A stretch of 63,921 nt of DNA, counting the filler, from Asterionella formosa (taxonomy: Eukaryota): the NCBI GenBank assembly GCA_002256025.1. It is 20 parts of 20 records of this genome, joined end to end, with 100 filler letters (N's around TTAATTAATTAA, not from the genome) between each part and the next. Parts side by side here need not be neighbours in the genome. Positions count along the whole stretch, not along the records: positions 42,728 to 62,587 come from NKIB01003505.1; 19 more parts are not named here. One strand, written 5' to 3'. A model generated the notes under the pieces. It had not been told where the DNA came from, ran no database searches, and saw nothing but the letters and a program-made list of their open reading frames with translations. Both the position numbers and the translations under genes were made by a program. This document shows positions 46,318 to 58,072 of the stretch, one piece after another. How positions within the stretch are numbered: the stretch's first letter is position 1; every line of letters starts with the position of its first letter.

Positions 46318-47305
46318 GGTGATCTTGGAACTGATTGTTCGGCAGTGCTCACTGCCGGCAGTTTTGGTTTCCTGAAGTTAATTTGTCGCTGCAAGAATTA
46401 TTGCGTGTCACTAACGCTAACAAGGCACTGTTTCGCACGACACGAACACTATCACCTGCGACGATGATCAGAGAGATAGCAATATCATAACTGGCTCCTT
46501 ACAATTACACCACCGACCAGCACCTACTTGATTTATATAAAATGAAATTTAAAATAAGCAATAGAATACTTTCATTGGCAAAGCCCCTGGGAGGGTTTTG
46601 ATAAGCTGGCGAGAAGAAACTCCTAGAGCTGCTGTTACAATTAGATTAGTATAGCGCTTGTAGCAGCATAACGATTGAGTTCTTATTGGCTGATGAGGAC
46701 CAACACTGAAACATGGCTGCATTGCCAATCTCAACGCCAGAAGTGTTACATCTCCCACACGACTATACATCTAGTTAGGACAGCAAAGGTTTTCGTTGCA
46801 TCTTCTCGTATAACAATGATATTGGCGACAATCTCCTCGGAATGCATATTTACAATTCTGTTATTGCTGTTTTTCGATGCCACAGTAATTTTAAGTGCGA
46901 AAATCCTGTATTAAAAGCTTAATCTACCGGTACAATCATTCCTCTAAATGTCATGACCAATACCACTTGTTCACCGCCCGTCTCGCCCAATCTTTTGTAT
47001 GATATGCAGATACAGCTATATGCATGTCCAAATTTATTATTTCCGAATACCTGCAACCAGGTACAGTATTTTATCGTACAAGTACTTGGTACCTGGTACC
47101 AGGGTACCTGGTACCACTGATGCTTACTATGATTTCTTTTTGACATGCATTCTCCACCCAGCCAAGCCCATATCAAAGTATTATTGCTATCGTATTTAGA
47201 TTACTGGTAATGTAATAATCCTTATATCGGAATCGACTCGAGCACCGGCAGTAAGACGACTACCGGTAAGATCTCGTATCCCTGTGTACCCACTTTCTCA
47301 TCATC

Positions 47306-47932
47306 ATGAGCACAAGCCACCAAGGGTTCCATAAACGAGCCATACTATTCTGTCTGATTCTCGGAAGTACATCGGCTCTTGCTTTGACTCAAACACCATT
47401 AGCATCCTTCCAACGAAACCAGCGGCGATCGGCCATGACGCGGCTGCACTCAAACAGTGATGAGCAAGATGATTCAGGCAACATTAAATTCCAAGTTCAA
47501 ACATGGAACCCTCTTCGCTTGGCCGTGTTGAAACTTGGCATGACTGAACCAGCCTGGACGTCGCCATGGAATTATCAAAAGAAGCAAGGTATATTTACCT
47601 GTGCCTACTGTGGGAAGGAACTCTTTGAGACGAATGGCAAGTACGATTCTGGTTCTGGATGGCCATCATTTTGGCGGACAGCTAAGGATGGTGCTGTATC
47701 GCTTCAGCGCGAAATGGACGGTCGTGTCGAATGTCAATGTTCCCGTTGTGGGAGTCACTTAGGACATGTCTTCATGGATGGACCAAGTAACACGACTGTG
47801 CCAATCGAGTTGCTGTCGACAGCTCCTGCGACGGACCCTCGAGGACGGAATCAACGGCTTCCGAGATATTGTATCAATGGAGCTTCATTGAGATTTACCG
47901 AAGGAGTGAGTGATGACACTAGCAAGGAATAG
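47306..47932 (+). CDS. msrB: Peptide methionine-R-sulfoxide reductase, probably plastid-targeted
   Basis: TEP, CAYC, KYDSGSGWPSF, CSRCGSHLGHVF.DGP, RYCING; signal peptide plus a Ser/Arg-rich transit-like segment. Confidence 0.95.
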   Translation: MSTSHQGFHKRAILFCLILGSTSALALTQTPLASFQRNQRRSAMTRLHSNSDEQDDSGNIKFQVQTWNPLRLAVLKLGMTEPAWTSPWNYQKKQGIFTCAYCGKELFETNGKYDSGSGWPSFWRTAKDGAVSLQREMDGRVECQCSRCGSHLGHVFMDGPSNTTVPIELLSTAPATDPRGRNQRLPRYCINGASLRFTEGVSDDTSKE

Positions 47933-48107
47933 GTTCGCAAAGCAACCAGACGCTGTAGTATTGGTAGCTGAAGAATATGAGATGAAAATGAATCGCCCCA
48001 AATATATTTGTATCATGTAGCATATAGGCTATAGCGGTTGTTGAATTACTATTTTCGAAACACAAGTTCCTCCTGCACAGGCCTTTAATTGTCGGCACTG
48101 GCCATAA

Positions 48108-49052
48108 TTAATCCAGTCCAGGTATCTCAGCCCGTATCTGCTCCCGAATCAACTTCTTTTGAGCAGCTGTCATGCCCTCCTTGACAACCTTCGAGTTACC
48201 AGTCTTTTGACTGTTGAGAGCATTCTGGGCTCGATCATCGTCCCAGACATCTTCTCCGATTCCAAGTTTAGGGTTACTCAAGAATTCATTCTGTGCATCA
48301 TTACTCTTGTACACACAGCTCAGTTGCGGATAGGGTTTATCCAAGTCCCCCACAAAGGCCCACGTGTTCATATTTTGTTTACAAGACCGTATTTCATCGT
48401 CATTGATTAATTTCTTATTTTGCAAGATTGGAACAACATTGGCCTGTCGCAAGACACAAGCGGGCTTCACGTCTGCTTGCGCGACATATACATTAAATGG
48501 ATTGAAGGATACAAAGACACGTTGATCAAATGCCATGGCAGATGCTCCATATTTAGCGCACAGTTCCGAGTTGGGAGCAGCTTGATCAACGGCATCTCGC
48601 GATGCCAGGTCTCTGGGATTGGTATTAATTGCAGAATCGATGGTGACTCCTAAACCTATACCAAGAATGAAGATTCCAGCCAATAGAGCTTTCGAGACGG
48701 TATCGGGAAGCCTCCAACCAGCTCTTCTTCCGAACGAGGAGGGTACATCAAAGCCACCATCTTGTCGGCCAAACTGGGCTTGGCCCAAATCATCCTGATT
48801 ACTTTGGCGACGTCGGCGTCTCGACTCTTCGTAAAAATCCTCATCATCGTCAAAGAAATCATCGTCATCATCGTATCGATTTTTCGCCCAGCATATTGTC
48901 GATGATCTTGAAGTTGACGACCCATGTCGAACGAAGAGTGATGGCCTGGTCGCGCTTGAAAAGGACGGACTCGCAAGGGCGTCTGCTTCTTGAGAGGAAT
49001 ACAGGGTTACAACTAACGCCGTAATCAACATGAAAAGAGTTACAGACATCAT
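48108..49052 (-). CDS. DUF3172-family (cyanobacterial-type) membrane protein, probably plastid-targeted
   Basis: GIFILGIGLG, APNSELCAKYGASA, RVFVSFNPFNVYV, PACVLR, CKQNMNTWAFVGDL; bipartite-like N-terminus. Confidence 0.8.
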   Translation of the reverse strand: MMSVTLFMLITALVVTLYSSQEADALASPSFSSATRPSLFVRHGSSTSRSSTICWAKNRYDDDDDFFDDDEDFYEESRRRRRQSNQDDLGQAQFGRQDGGFDVPSSFGRRAGWRLPDTVSKALLAGIFILGIGLGVTIDSAINTNPRDLASRDAVDQAAPNSELCAKYGASAMAFDQRVFVSFNPFNVYVAQADVKPACVLRQANVVPILQNKKLINDDEIRSCKQNMNTWAFVGDLDKPYPQLSCVYKSNDAQNEFLSNPKLGIGEDVWDDDRAQNALNSQKTGNSKVVKEGMTAAQKKLIREQIRAEIPGLD

Positions 49053-49706
49053 AAATCGGGAAAAGCTCCAAAAATTGTGAGGGGGTTAAAAATAGCCAGC
49101 AGATCGCAGAAATGGTTACCTGAACCCATTCGCCAACGCGATGACACTTCGTTGGAGAGGGATCATGCCTGTTGATTGCACTTGGTACGGTTGCTTCCAT
49201 ACGACAAATTTCGGTGGTGGCTAATAAAAAATGTAACCTAGCTGCGTACTACGGTATACAAAGTGTATTCCGGAGTATCATGATAACAATGCATGGCGGA
49301 ACATAGGTGCATGTACCGGCATCTGCGTGCTAAAAAAAAACAGACTGTACGCATACGGTATCTGTGCAACACGTTGTGTGTAGCGGTAGACAATCCAATT
49401 AGCTACCGGTATACCTGAGAACATGGGTAATACCGGTACGATACTATGTACCGGTACACTGGTATTGCTGGTATACGTAATACCGACTGATGATACCGTA
49501 CTGGAGACAAATATTTGAATTCGCAAAACCTTCCACGTGGATCAATAGTAGTACATGCCACTAGTAGTCGTGAACTTCTCGTAGAATGCATGATTCCATT
49601 CCATGAGAAAATGAAGTACAACTAAGACTCTGCATTGGACTATGTATGAACAGGATGACTACCAGTACCTATATTTAAGTGATATTTAACCCAGCAGAGC
49701 TCACCA

Positions 49707-52170
49707 TCAATGATATGGTGCTGTCCCTTCTTCAGCCCCTTGTTCTCCATCCTGACTCCAGGTTTCCTCTTCAAGGTCTAGTTCGCTTTGTAAATCTATA
49801 CATGCTGACAACTTGGTAGACACTGGGGACCATGGGTTCAGGTGCAAGCTCCGTCGAAAAGATTCAGCGGCAAGCTTGTATCGTCGTGTTTCATATTGAA
49901 TCAAACCCAGCCCGTTTAATGCTTGAAAGTGGTTTGGTATGAGCTCCAGTGTTTTGTTGGCACTATCGAGAGACGACTGCATGTCATCCAACAGGAATTG
50001 ACATGTTGACAACTTGTTCCAGGCTTCGGCATAGGTTGGATCATCTTTGACTATATCTAAAAAAATCAAAAGCGCACCTTGAGAATCCCCACGAAATAAC
50101 TCTGAAATACCATCATCCAGTCGCTTGCGGATCTTGCGGTCCTCATTTGCTTTCCAGATTTCCTTTATCGTGTCTTCCACGATTCTGCAGCTCTCCATCG
50201 AATCGCAATGATGCAAGATCTCATATAGATCGTCCATGGAAAGTTCTCCCTTTATGCCATGACTAATGGGAGCATGATATTGTAGTGCAATGTGAAGCTT
50301 CGTGATTTCATCATCAAAGATTTCAAAACACTTGTCTGTCACTCCATCATCTCCAATACCTTCGCCAAACTTGAACTACGTGTAGAGCAAACATATGAGA
50401 GCCCGACCAAGGCAAGCCACTCAAATCAATCGCACAGTTGTCACGCACCTTCTCGATGTCTGGGGCAGTATATCTAGCACCCACCTTGTCTTCCTCCCAA
50501 CCATCATGCGCCGTGATGTCCACATCAATGTTTGTACGACTCCGCGGACAGCGTTCCAGGTTCTGTTGGCAAACATAACGAAAGGGTCGTTCTCCACCAA
50601 ATATTTTGACACAGTCCGACTGATCTGGAATTATATGATAAAAAGGTTCGTCGTTTGGATTCTCAATATGTTGCAACCCATCCCAATGCGAGACGTCAAC
50701 CTTCGGCTTGGGATCCCAGGCTATCACGATGCCTCGAAATCCATACTTGGTGTGGACAACAATGTCACCCAGTTTGAATTGGATGGTATCAACATGTGCG
50801 TGGGCGATGCGTCGTTGCCACAACATTCCAAATGTGTCCATCGTTATTTTGTGTAGACTACGTAGGTGCAGAATGGCCAATGCATGATCGGATGGTCGTT
50901 GACGTGCGAATTGTTCCTCATTGGACAAAACATTACCAATGGACAAGTTAGAGAGGCTTTCTTCTAGTGATGCAACTAAGGATGATTTGTCTTTCTTTGC
51001 CGAAGGATTGATACTCAAAATGCTTTTGTGTAATCGAGAAGCAATGTCTTGAGTGGCTGCAACGATTTTTCGACCGAGTTCGTTGGTGCGGTCAGCACTT
51101 GTTGTATAGGTGTGTATACGCTGTATAGAAGTGATGTCATTTGGAAAGGCAAAAGCCAAAGCGTCATTAGGAACAAAAGCATTGTTGATGGCGTCAAATC
51201 GTTCAAATTGACGTCGGTTCCAGCGGTTTTGAATCCTACATATGGAAACGTCTTGCACAGGGACAAGGTCCCCCTGATCGACAACAACTGCTGCATCCGA
51301 TTCTAGTTGGAAACCCTTTTGGTCACCTGAATCAATGTTCAGAGTGTATTGAATATTCTCCTTCGTAGCATCTCTTGTATACTCCTTCAACGTTAAAGAC
51401 GTTGGTATTGTTCGATCGTCCTGATGGTCCCAACCAACAATCACACCCCGCCATCGCTCCTTTTTGTGTTGAACAACTTGACCAACATTGAATTTGACTC
51501 CTTCTCTATTTTTGTGCAGCTCTGCCTGTGCTTTCATTTCATTAATTGAATCTGTCAATTCATTCAATGATTTCATAGCTTGAAAAGCCCATGTGACGCG
51601 TTGTTTTTGATGTTGGTCGATGTTGTTGTTGTTTTGGTCGACATGATAATGGTGGTAACGATTCATCCGATAAATGGCTTTAAAAAATAACATGGCATCA
51701 CGAGCTGTGTGAATGGGTACAGTCAGAAATGTCGGTGCTATTTTTGCGTTGGAAGGCAGTAGTTTCATAATAGAATCATCATCTGCTTGCTGGAACAATA
51801 ACGATTGTAACATCTGTTCATCAATACTTGTTGGTGCATGCAATGTAACTGGAGGAACAAAACTAGATAGGGGAAAATCGCTCCCTGTATCTTGACACCA
51901 TCGTAATAATTGACGGTAAAGGGATTTGGCCAGTCGTCCTTGTGGATTTGTTGTGGTGGACCGTACAGCAGCAGCGGGAGTAGCAGTAGTAGTAGGAAGA
52001 CTAGCAGAGTTGGATGAAATCCAACGACGCCGTAACAGTCTCTCGTTCTGCTTGTTGCTGTCATTTGAGAGTGGAAGTGTCGATAATGATGACACTGGAA
52101 CCAAACGACGAGTAAGAGTGCAGCCTTGATGTACGCAACGTCGAGAATGTTGGAGAACCAAGGACGCCAT
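49707..52170 (-). CDS. Protein with two YccV/HspQ-like (hemimethylated-DNA-binding-like) domains and a C-terminal TPR region, 2 exons: 52170-50449, 50375-49707
   Basis: FNVGQVVQHKKERWRGVIVGWD and FKLGDIVVHTKYGFRGIVIAWD...PFYHIIPD...RYVCQQNL; TPR motifs YAEAWNK, HFQALNGLG, LNPW. A GT-AG intron at 50448-50376 joins the two ORFs in frame. Confidence 0.85.
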
Positions 52171-52776
52171 GGTTCTGACGGCGAACGAAGTCGAATGAAT
52201 ATATGCCTGAGTTGCTGATGTTTTATGACATAATTTTTTTACTCTACTAGCAGGTTACTCCGTACTCCATACCTGGTAGCTGGTACCAGGTACTCCTATC
52301 TCATGTACATACCTGGAACCACCGTACCGGTAAGCAAGAACAGGACTAAAGAAATCCCGCCCGCACATCATTACTGTTAGGAACCGTTGCTATATAAGAA
52401 CCCTACATAAGCTCATCTCCAACCCTAAAATACGCACAGCAACTAAAAACCAGCATGATTCTTGACCATCAGCCATGCATAGTACATGGTACCTGGTACC
52501 AGGGTCCTACCAGGTACTACCGGTAGACTAATCGAAACTATATCTTGCAATACCGGTAGTACGATACCGATCCCTGAGCGTTATCTACATAATGATGGTG
52601 TGCCGCATCTTTTATCTCGGGATACTATCGTAGGTACCTGGTACTACCTGGTACCTGGTACCAGGTACCGGAACACCGGTACTTTCCCCGGTATTTGAAA
52701 TCAAAAACAACAATGTAGCCATCAGCCAAAATAGAATAGAACTGGCACAGCATATATCAAAAACCAAGATACCGGT

Positions 52777-54303
52777 ATGACAATGATTTCCAAAAGAAGA
52801 ACGATCGGTACCCATCGCGTTGCCGTACTCCTTATTCTCTTTCTCTCCCGCGTGATATATGCCGCCGATTCTTTACCATTCATAGGAACAAGAGGAGGAG
52901 AGAAACAAAAGCATGACGACGACGAACAACATTACGTGCAGATTTTGGATGTCAATGGAAACACGGTTGCAGAAAAGGCAGCGACGAAACGACCCATCAA
53001 AGAAAAAGAAATCGTTCAAGCGTTCTTTGAAAACCAAGATGGATCCTCCGAACAACTTCAGCAGTTACTCAAAGCGCGAGCTTCCAACTTGACGCAGCTG
53101 TTAGTTTCCACTAGACGAACCCTCCACCAGCACCCCGAACTCATGTACCAAGAACAGGAAACATCCGCCATTGTCCAGGCCGTCTTGAACAAATTCGACA
53201 TTAATTACACCACAGGTTGGGCCATCAATGCCAATCCGGGGCTAGTCAAGGGCACGGGTGGGTACGGAGTCATTACTGACATTGGCAGTGGAGGTTTGCC
53301 CTGTGTCTTGCTAAGGGCCGACATGGATGCCTTGCCTATTTTAGAACGGACACTGGACATTGATGACTACAAATCCAAAAACGAAGGCATTATGCATGCA
53401 TGTGGTCATGATGGACATATCACCATGCTCCTAGGGGCTGCAATCATACTCAAGGAGATGGAACCGTCAATCCGTGGCACAGTACGGCTCATTTTCCAGC
53501 CTGCCGAAGAAGGTGGTGCGGGGGCCAAGCGCATGAGAGAAGAGGGCATTTTGGAGATGGAACCGAAACCACAACATGCCTTTGGGTTGCACGTGTGGCC
53601 AACCTTGCCATCCGGGTCCATTGCATCTAGATCAGGCCCTCTGTTAGCTGCGGCGGATCAGTTTGAAGTGCTAGTTGCCGGGATGGGAGGGCATGCGGCC
53701 ATGCCCCACTTGACAATAGATCCCATTGTTACGGCAAGTAGCATTGTTATGAATTTACAAACTCTCGTATCACGCAACATGAATCCATTAGAAAGCGGAG
53801 TTGTGAGTGTTACCAAAATTGATGGTGGTGACGCTTTTAATGTCATTCCAGCTTCTGTTTTGATGAGAGGGACCATCCGTGCATTATCCACAGAAGCATT
53901 GCTTGCATTGCAAGCCAAGGTCGTGCATATCATCTCGTCGAGCGCCGCTATGTACGGATGCAATGTGACAATAACATGGAGTCCTGATTATTATCCCCCC
54001 ACTGTCAATGATCCTGAGCTCTTTGACTCTTTTTCAAAGCATGTCGGAGCCTTGGTGTCCGATGAAGGTTTTTTACGAAATGTAGATCCCACCATGGGAG
54101 CCGAAGATTTTTCCTTTATTGCGGAAGCCCTTCCATCTACGTTTTTCCTACTAGGTCAGGGAAGTGGAAAGAATCCACCAACCAATTATGGTGTGCACCA
54201 CCCACACTTTGCGCTCGATGAGAGTGTGATGCCAAAAGGAGTCGAACTTCATGTGAGTTTGGCGCTTCGGGCTTTGAAGGAGTTGGCAGCGACGAAAATG
54301 TGA
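52777..54303 (+). CDS. M20D amidohydrolase (ILR1/IAA-amino-acid-hydrolase-like)
   Basis: RRTLHQHPEL, LRADMDALP, MHACGHDGH, FQPAEEGGAGA, GGHAAMPH, MGAEDFSF, HHPHF; N-terminal signal/anchor. Confidence 0.95.
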   Translation: MTMISKRRTIGTHRVAVLLILFLSRVIYAADSLPFIGTRGGEKQKHDDDEQHYVQILDVNGNTVAEKAATKRPIKEKEIVQAFFENQDGSSEQLQQLLKARASNLTQLLVSTRRTLHQHPELMYQEQETSAIVQAVLNKFDINYTTGWAINANPGLVKGTGGYGVITDIGSGGLPCVLLRADMDALPILERTLDIDDYKSKNEGIMHACGHDGHITMLLGAAIILKEMEPSIRGTVRLIFQPAEEGGAGAKRMREEGILEMEPKPQHAFGLHVWPTLPSGSIASRSGPLLAAADQFEVLVAGMGGHAAMPHLTIDPIVTASSIVMNLQTLVSRNMNPLESGVVSVTKIDGGDAFNVIPASVLMRGTIRALSTEALLALQAKVVHIISSSAAMYGCNVTITWSPDYYPPTVNDPELFDSFSKHVGALVSDEGFLRNVDPTMGAEDFSFIAEALPSTFFLLGQGSGKNPPTNYGVHHPHFALDESVMPKGVELHVSLALRALKELAATKM

Positions 54304-54509
54304 TACTATGTCGAGGATACTGTATAAATAAACTAGGTAGTATTGTATGAACGAAGTACCGATAATTTCCTTGTATAAATTGTTGTCCATTCAGTGAAAA
54401 ATATACTTCAAAAAATTGACAAGATGAGTTACCGGTAGCAGCAGTCAAACGCATACTATTTATATATTCAACCGCCTTTTTTTCATCCGTCAACTACTAC
54501 TTACGTAGC

Positions 54510-55217
54510 TTACACCATACCAGCTTCCAACATGGCTTCGACTCGCTCATCTACACTCATATCACCTAATTTCCGCCCATTTACCTTCGTGTCGTTCACC
54601 CGCTTCTCTGCCAGCTGTCTCCATAACATGTTGCCATCCAATTGCTTCTTCATTGCTTTTGTACGCTGTTTTCCAAAAAACCCTTGAATATGTTCTGCGA
54701 ATTCTTCCTCTAATTTTGGAAGGAAGGAGGGATCGCGAAGGGCAATGTACAGGGATTGGCGAGCCAACCCCAGGCCCCCATAGTCCGAGGGACGAGGTTG
54801 AATCACATCCTCGTTCCATTGATTGTTCGCCGTGGCTTTTCCTTTCTTTGGTTGCTCTGGATTGTATAGCTTATGTCGTGTTGTTTTAGTTTCTTCAACG
54901 TTGTTGATTCGTTTCACACACGTTTCGACATGAGAGGACAATTGAGTCAATCTAGATTGGACCACATGTTGATGCGTGACTTTTTTGTCGACCTTTTTGG
55001 ACAAGACATTGTCTCGTGGTAGATGCGCATCATTAGTCGTTCGTTTCTTCTCTTGACGTCGAAGTTTCTTGGCATTACGTCGTTCCACTCGTTCCTCTTT
55101 CGTTGGTATTGCAGTTTGCCCGGACGCTTGTTTGGCAAGCTGGGAGATCCAATCCTCAGTTGACGAGTCTGTAGTAGCAGGCCTTTGGCGCTTCTTGCCT
55201 CGTGTGGGTGGCGGCAT
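54510..55217 (-). CDS. Hypothetical basic protein (possibly nuclear/nucleolar)
   Basis: Lys/Arg-rich ORF from MPPPTRGKKRQR, with a conserved-looking C-terminus (QPRPSDYGGLGLAR.S...EHIQGFFGKQRTKAMKKQ). The start is inferred. Confidence 0.7.
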   Translation of the reverse strand: MPPPTRGKKRQRPATTDSSTEDWISQLAKQASGQTAIPTKEERVERRNAKKLRRQEKKRTTNDAHLPRDNVLSKKVDKKVTHQHVVQSRLTQLSSHVETCVKRINNVEETKTTRHKLYNPEQPKKGKATANNQWNEDVIQPRPSDYGGLGLARQSLYIALRDPSFLPKLEEEFAEHIQGFFGKQRTKAMKKQLDGNMLWRQLAEKRVNDTKVNGRKLGDMSVDERVEAMLEAGMV

Positions 55218-57108
55218 AATACAAAATGCTTTGATAGCTATTTTGTTGGTACTGTATTTGTATTTTTTTTTCTTTCCTGCCGACGAGGTCTCTACCGGTA
55301 GAGAATATTTTGTTTGCCTTTTCTCGTTCCGAAGTGCTGCTGCACCTGTGCTCAGCATAATGGCCGCTTGTTGTGCTACCGGTATGCGTGATTTGGGATT
55401 CTGCCTTGTCCCAACATTGCTTGTAATACAATATTCATGTACACTTGTTATGCACACATGGCGGTGCCTACATATGCTATATTAAATACCGGAATCTAGA
55501 ACTACGCACTACATTCAATACATGAGAACTGAAAATATATATGGCTGAGCCATACTTTATGGCTGGTTGTGACATACATCAGTATGTCTGTCCATCCTGT
55601 AAATAATTATTCATCCTTGTTGTTTGACCTTAAGCCCCCTTCATTGGATGATCAAGGCCAACAAGTTGCAACCAGAAAGATTAAGGCTCAACAACTCGCC
55701 TCCTTTTCCTATATTAGTTGATGTTAACAAATTCAGAGAATGAGCCATTTCAGGCTCACTGAGGAACCCATTGGTTTCTTCCTCTTGACTGACTGCGGCC
55801 CCCTGCATGCTTTGAAGCAAGCCATGCACCTTTTTAATCTAGGTCTACCACAAACCTCCTTAGCTTGAAGCCGCCTGTGATGCGGATGACTTGCTTCAAC
55901 CTTCAATGAATTATTTCCCATTGCTTTTTCCCTCCTATTAGTACAGTAACAATATTACTTTGACATTTTGGAAAATTTCGAATGGTTTCATGCAAGGAGC
56001 CCTTAAATTTCATTTTTAACAAAATCAAATTTTAATGAATGATTTTCTGAAAAAACCAGTTTCCTGAACCTTGCTTCAGTGTGGGGATTCCCCCAATCTC
56101 AATTCTGACTGCCAAAATTCCTTATTCCAGAAATCTCCTCATTTACATGCATTTCATACTGTGATTCACTACAGTACAGAAGTGCAAATGGCTCTATATA
56201 TAAAAGTACATAACAGTTATGTTCAATGCATTTATGCAATGAATCGAACATGAATCTTCATTACCCTCATCATTATAAGAAGCAACAGACAATGATAAAA
56301 TGATTCTCAATATTGAATTTTGAACAACTACTTGAAACTTTTATTAATTGCTTAGATAGAATACATGTGTTGCTAGCAAGTAGTGAATCAATTGTTGTTG
56401 TGGCTTTGATGTTCATTGCAAAATAGCTAAAACAGAAAATTGGCAGAAGCAAAAATGGCACTCAACTGCGGTGACAATCTCCACGATTAGTTGTCTTGCC
56501 AGATCAAAACCCAAATTGTTCCTACATAGCCATCATACATCAAGTAGCCACAAACTTCAACATCATGACTATAATTTGTGATATACCAGTATCTTTTACA
56601 ATAGAGGCATATCATCGCTCAATTGCTACTACCAGTGCGGTAGGTACCTGGTACGCAGTAAACATGTTCCAAGAACATGCCGGTACATACCGGTATGTAT
56701 GTAGTACGTAGACATTTAAACTATAACTTCAATACTTATACGCACCGGTATGATGTGCATCATGGTACCAGGTACCAGGTACCAGTATACCCTGGTACCA
56801 GGTACCTGGTACCGGTGGTAGCTGGTACAGGTGGCTGGTAGCTGGTACCAGGTACCAGGTATCAGGTTGATCATCAAAGAGGATAATTTAATGCGCGCAT
56901 CAGCAAGCAAAATAGCTACCGGTACTACCGGTACTATTGTGAAAACTGAAAATGCATATGATACCGGTATGTACAACAAAAATACAAAAAACACAAGCCG
57001 AGGAAACCTAAATCAACTTATACTGTGCCAGCTATATATTAGGTAAAACAAAAGATCCATCATCGGGTCAATTGTCTCTTCCAACAGAAGGATCTGCTTC
57101 ATCAAACC

Positions 57109-57843
57109 ATGTTTCTTGTCTCTCCCTCAATGCAAAAACGAGTGCAAGTGTTTGCCGTGATCCTTTTTGCCAAATCTCTCTCCACAACGACAACCACTGC
57201 CCTCACTATTTGTGTCATTACTGGAACGACGCGAACAAACGGACCCCCATTCCCAATATTGGGGCCCAGAGTAGCTGAATTTTGTATTCGTTCATTGGAA
57301 CGCCGTGGCCATATTGTGACTTTGATTGATCCAAAGCAACTTGATACTCCACACATGCGACCTCATTTTACATACCCCAAATCACAAGTACCGCCTATTC
57401 TTCAAGCCATGCACGAGAAGCTCGCCGATGCTGATGCATATGTGACCATTACTCCTGAATACAATCACGCTCCAGCACCAGGATTAATAAACGTCATCAA
57501 TCACTTTGGATCATCATGCTTTGGATTCAAACCATCTGCAATTGTTACCTATAGTGCTGGTCAATGGGGTGGAACCCGAGCTGCACATTCGTTACGACCT
57601 ATTTTATCAGAATTAGGATGTCTTCCTGTTTCAGCCATGATTCATATCCCAAATGCACAAGATGTATTACTCGAAGATGGAATTCTCGTGGAAAAGGAAG
57701 AACGATGGAATTCGTACACAGATCGATGCTTTTCGCAATTGGAATGGTGGGGCCAAGCTACCAAAATTCATAGAATAAAATGCAATCCACTACAATTATC
57801 ACCAGTGCTGAAACAGGACCCCTCGCAGAGAAATGCACCTTGA
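57109..57843 (+). CDS. NADPH-dependent FMN reductase (flavodoxin-like)
   Basis: ITGTTR, ADAYVTITPEYNH, KPSAIVTYSAGQWGGTRA, LRPILSELG, QLEWW; N-terminal signal-like segment. Confidence 0.9.
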   Translation: MFLVSPSMQKRVQVFAVILFAKSLSTTTTTALTICVITGTTRTNGPPFPILGPRVAEFCIRSLERRGHIVTLIDPKQLDTPHMRPHFTYPKSQVPPILQAMHEKLADADAYVTITPEYNHAPAPGLINVINHFGSSCFGFKPSAIVTYSAGQWGGTRAAHSLRPILSELGCLPVSAMIHIPNAQDVLLEDGILVEKEERWNSYTDRCFSQLEWWGQATKIHRIKCNPLQLSPVLKQDPSQRNAP

Positions 57844-58072
57844 TTGGTTACAAAGGAAAGATTTTCTGTCATGATCATTCCACAAAAGTATAAGCAAATC
57901 ACGTGAGAATTACATATGAACAATTGCATTTGAATTTTGTTCTATCGTGTTTCCACGCAAGGGTTTTGAGAATAAGCGGGTCCATTAAAAGTAATGTGTC
58001 AATATAGAAACGATAAAGTGGAACCGAAAATAATTGCATATACAAATTCAAGCACTAGTTCAAATCTTGTGG

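Noticed and set aside
47860..47885. Selenocysteine-type MsrB
   Set aside because: The catalytic residue in RYCING is encoded by TGT, and there is no in-frame TGA.
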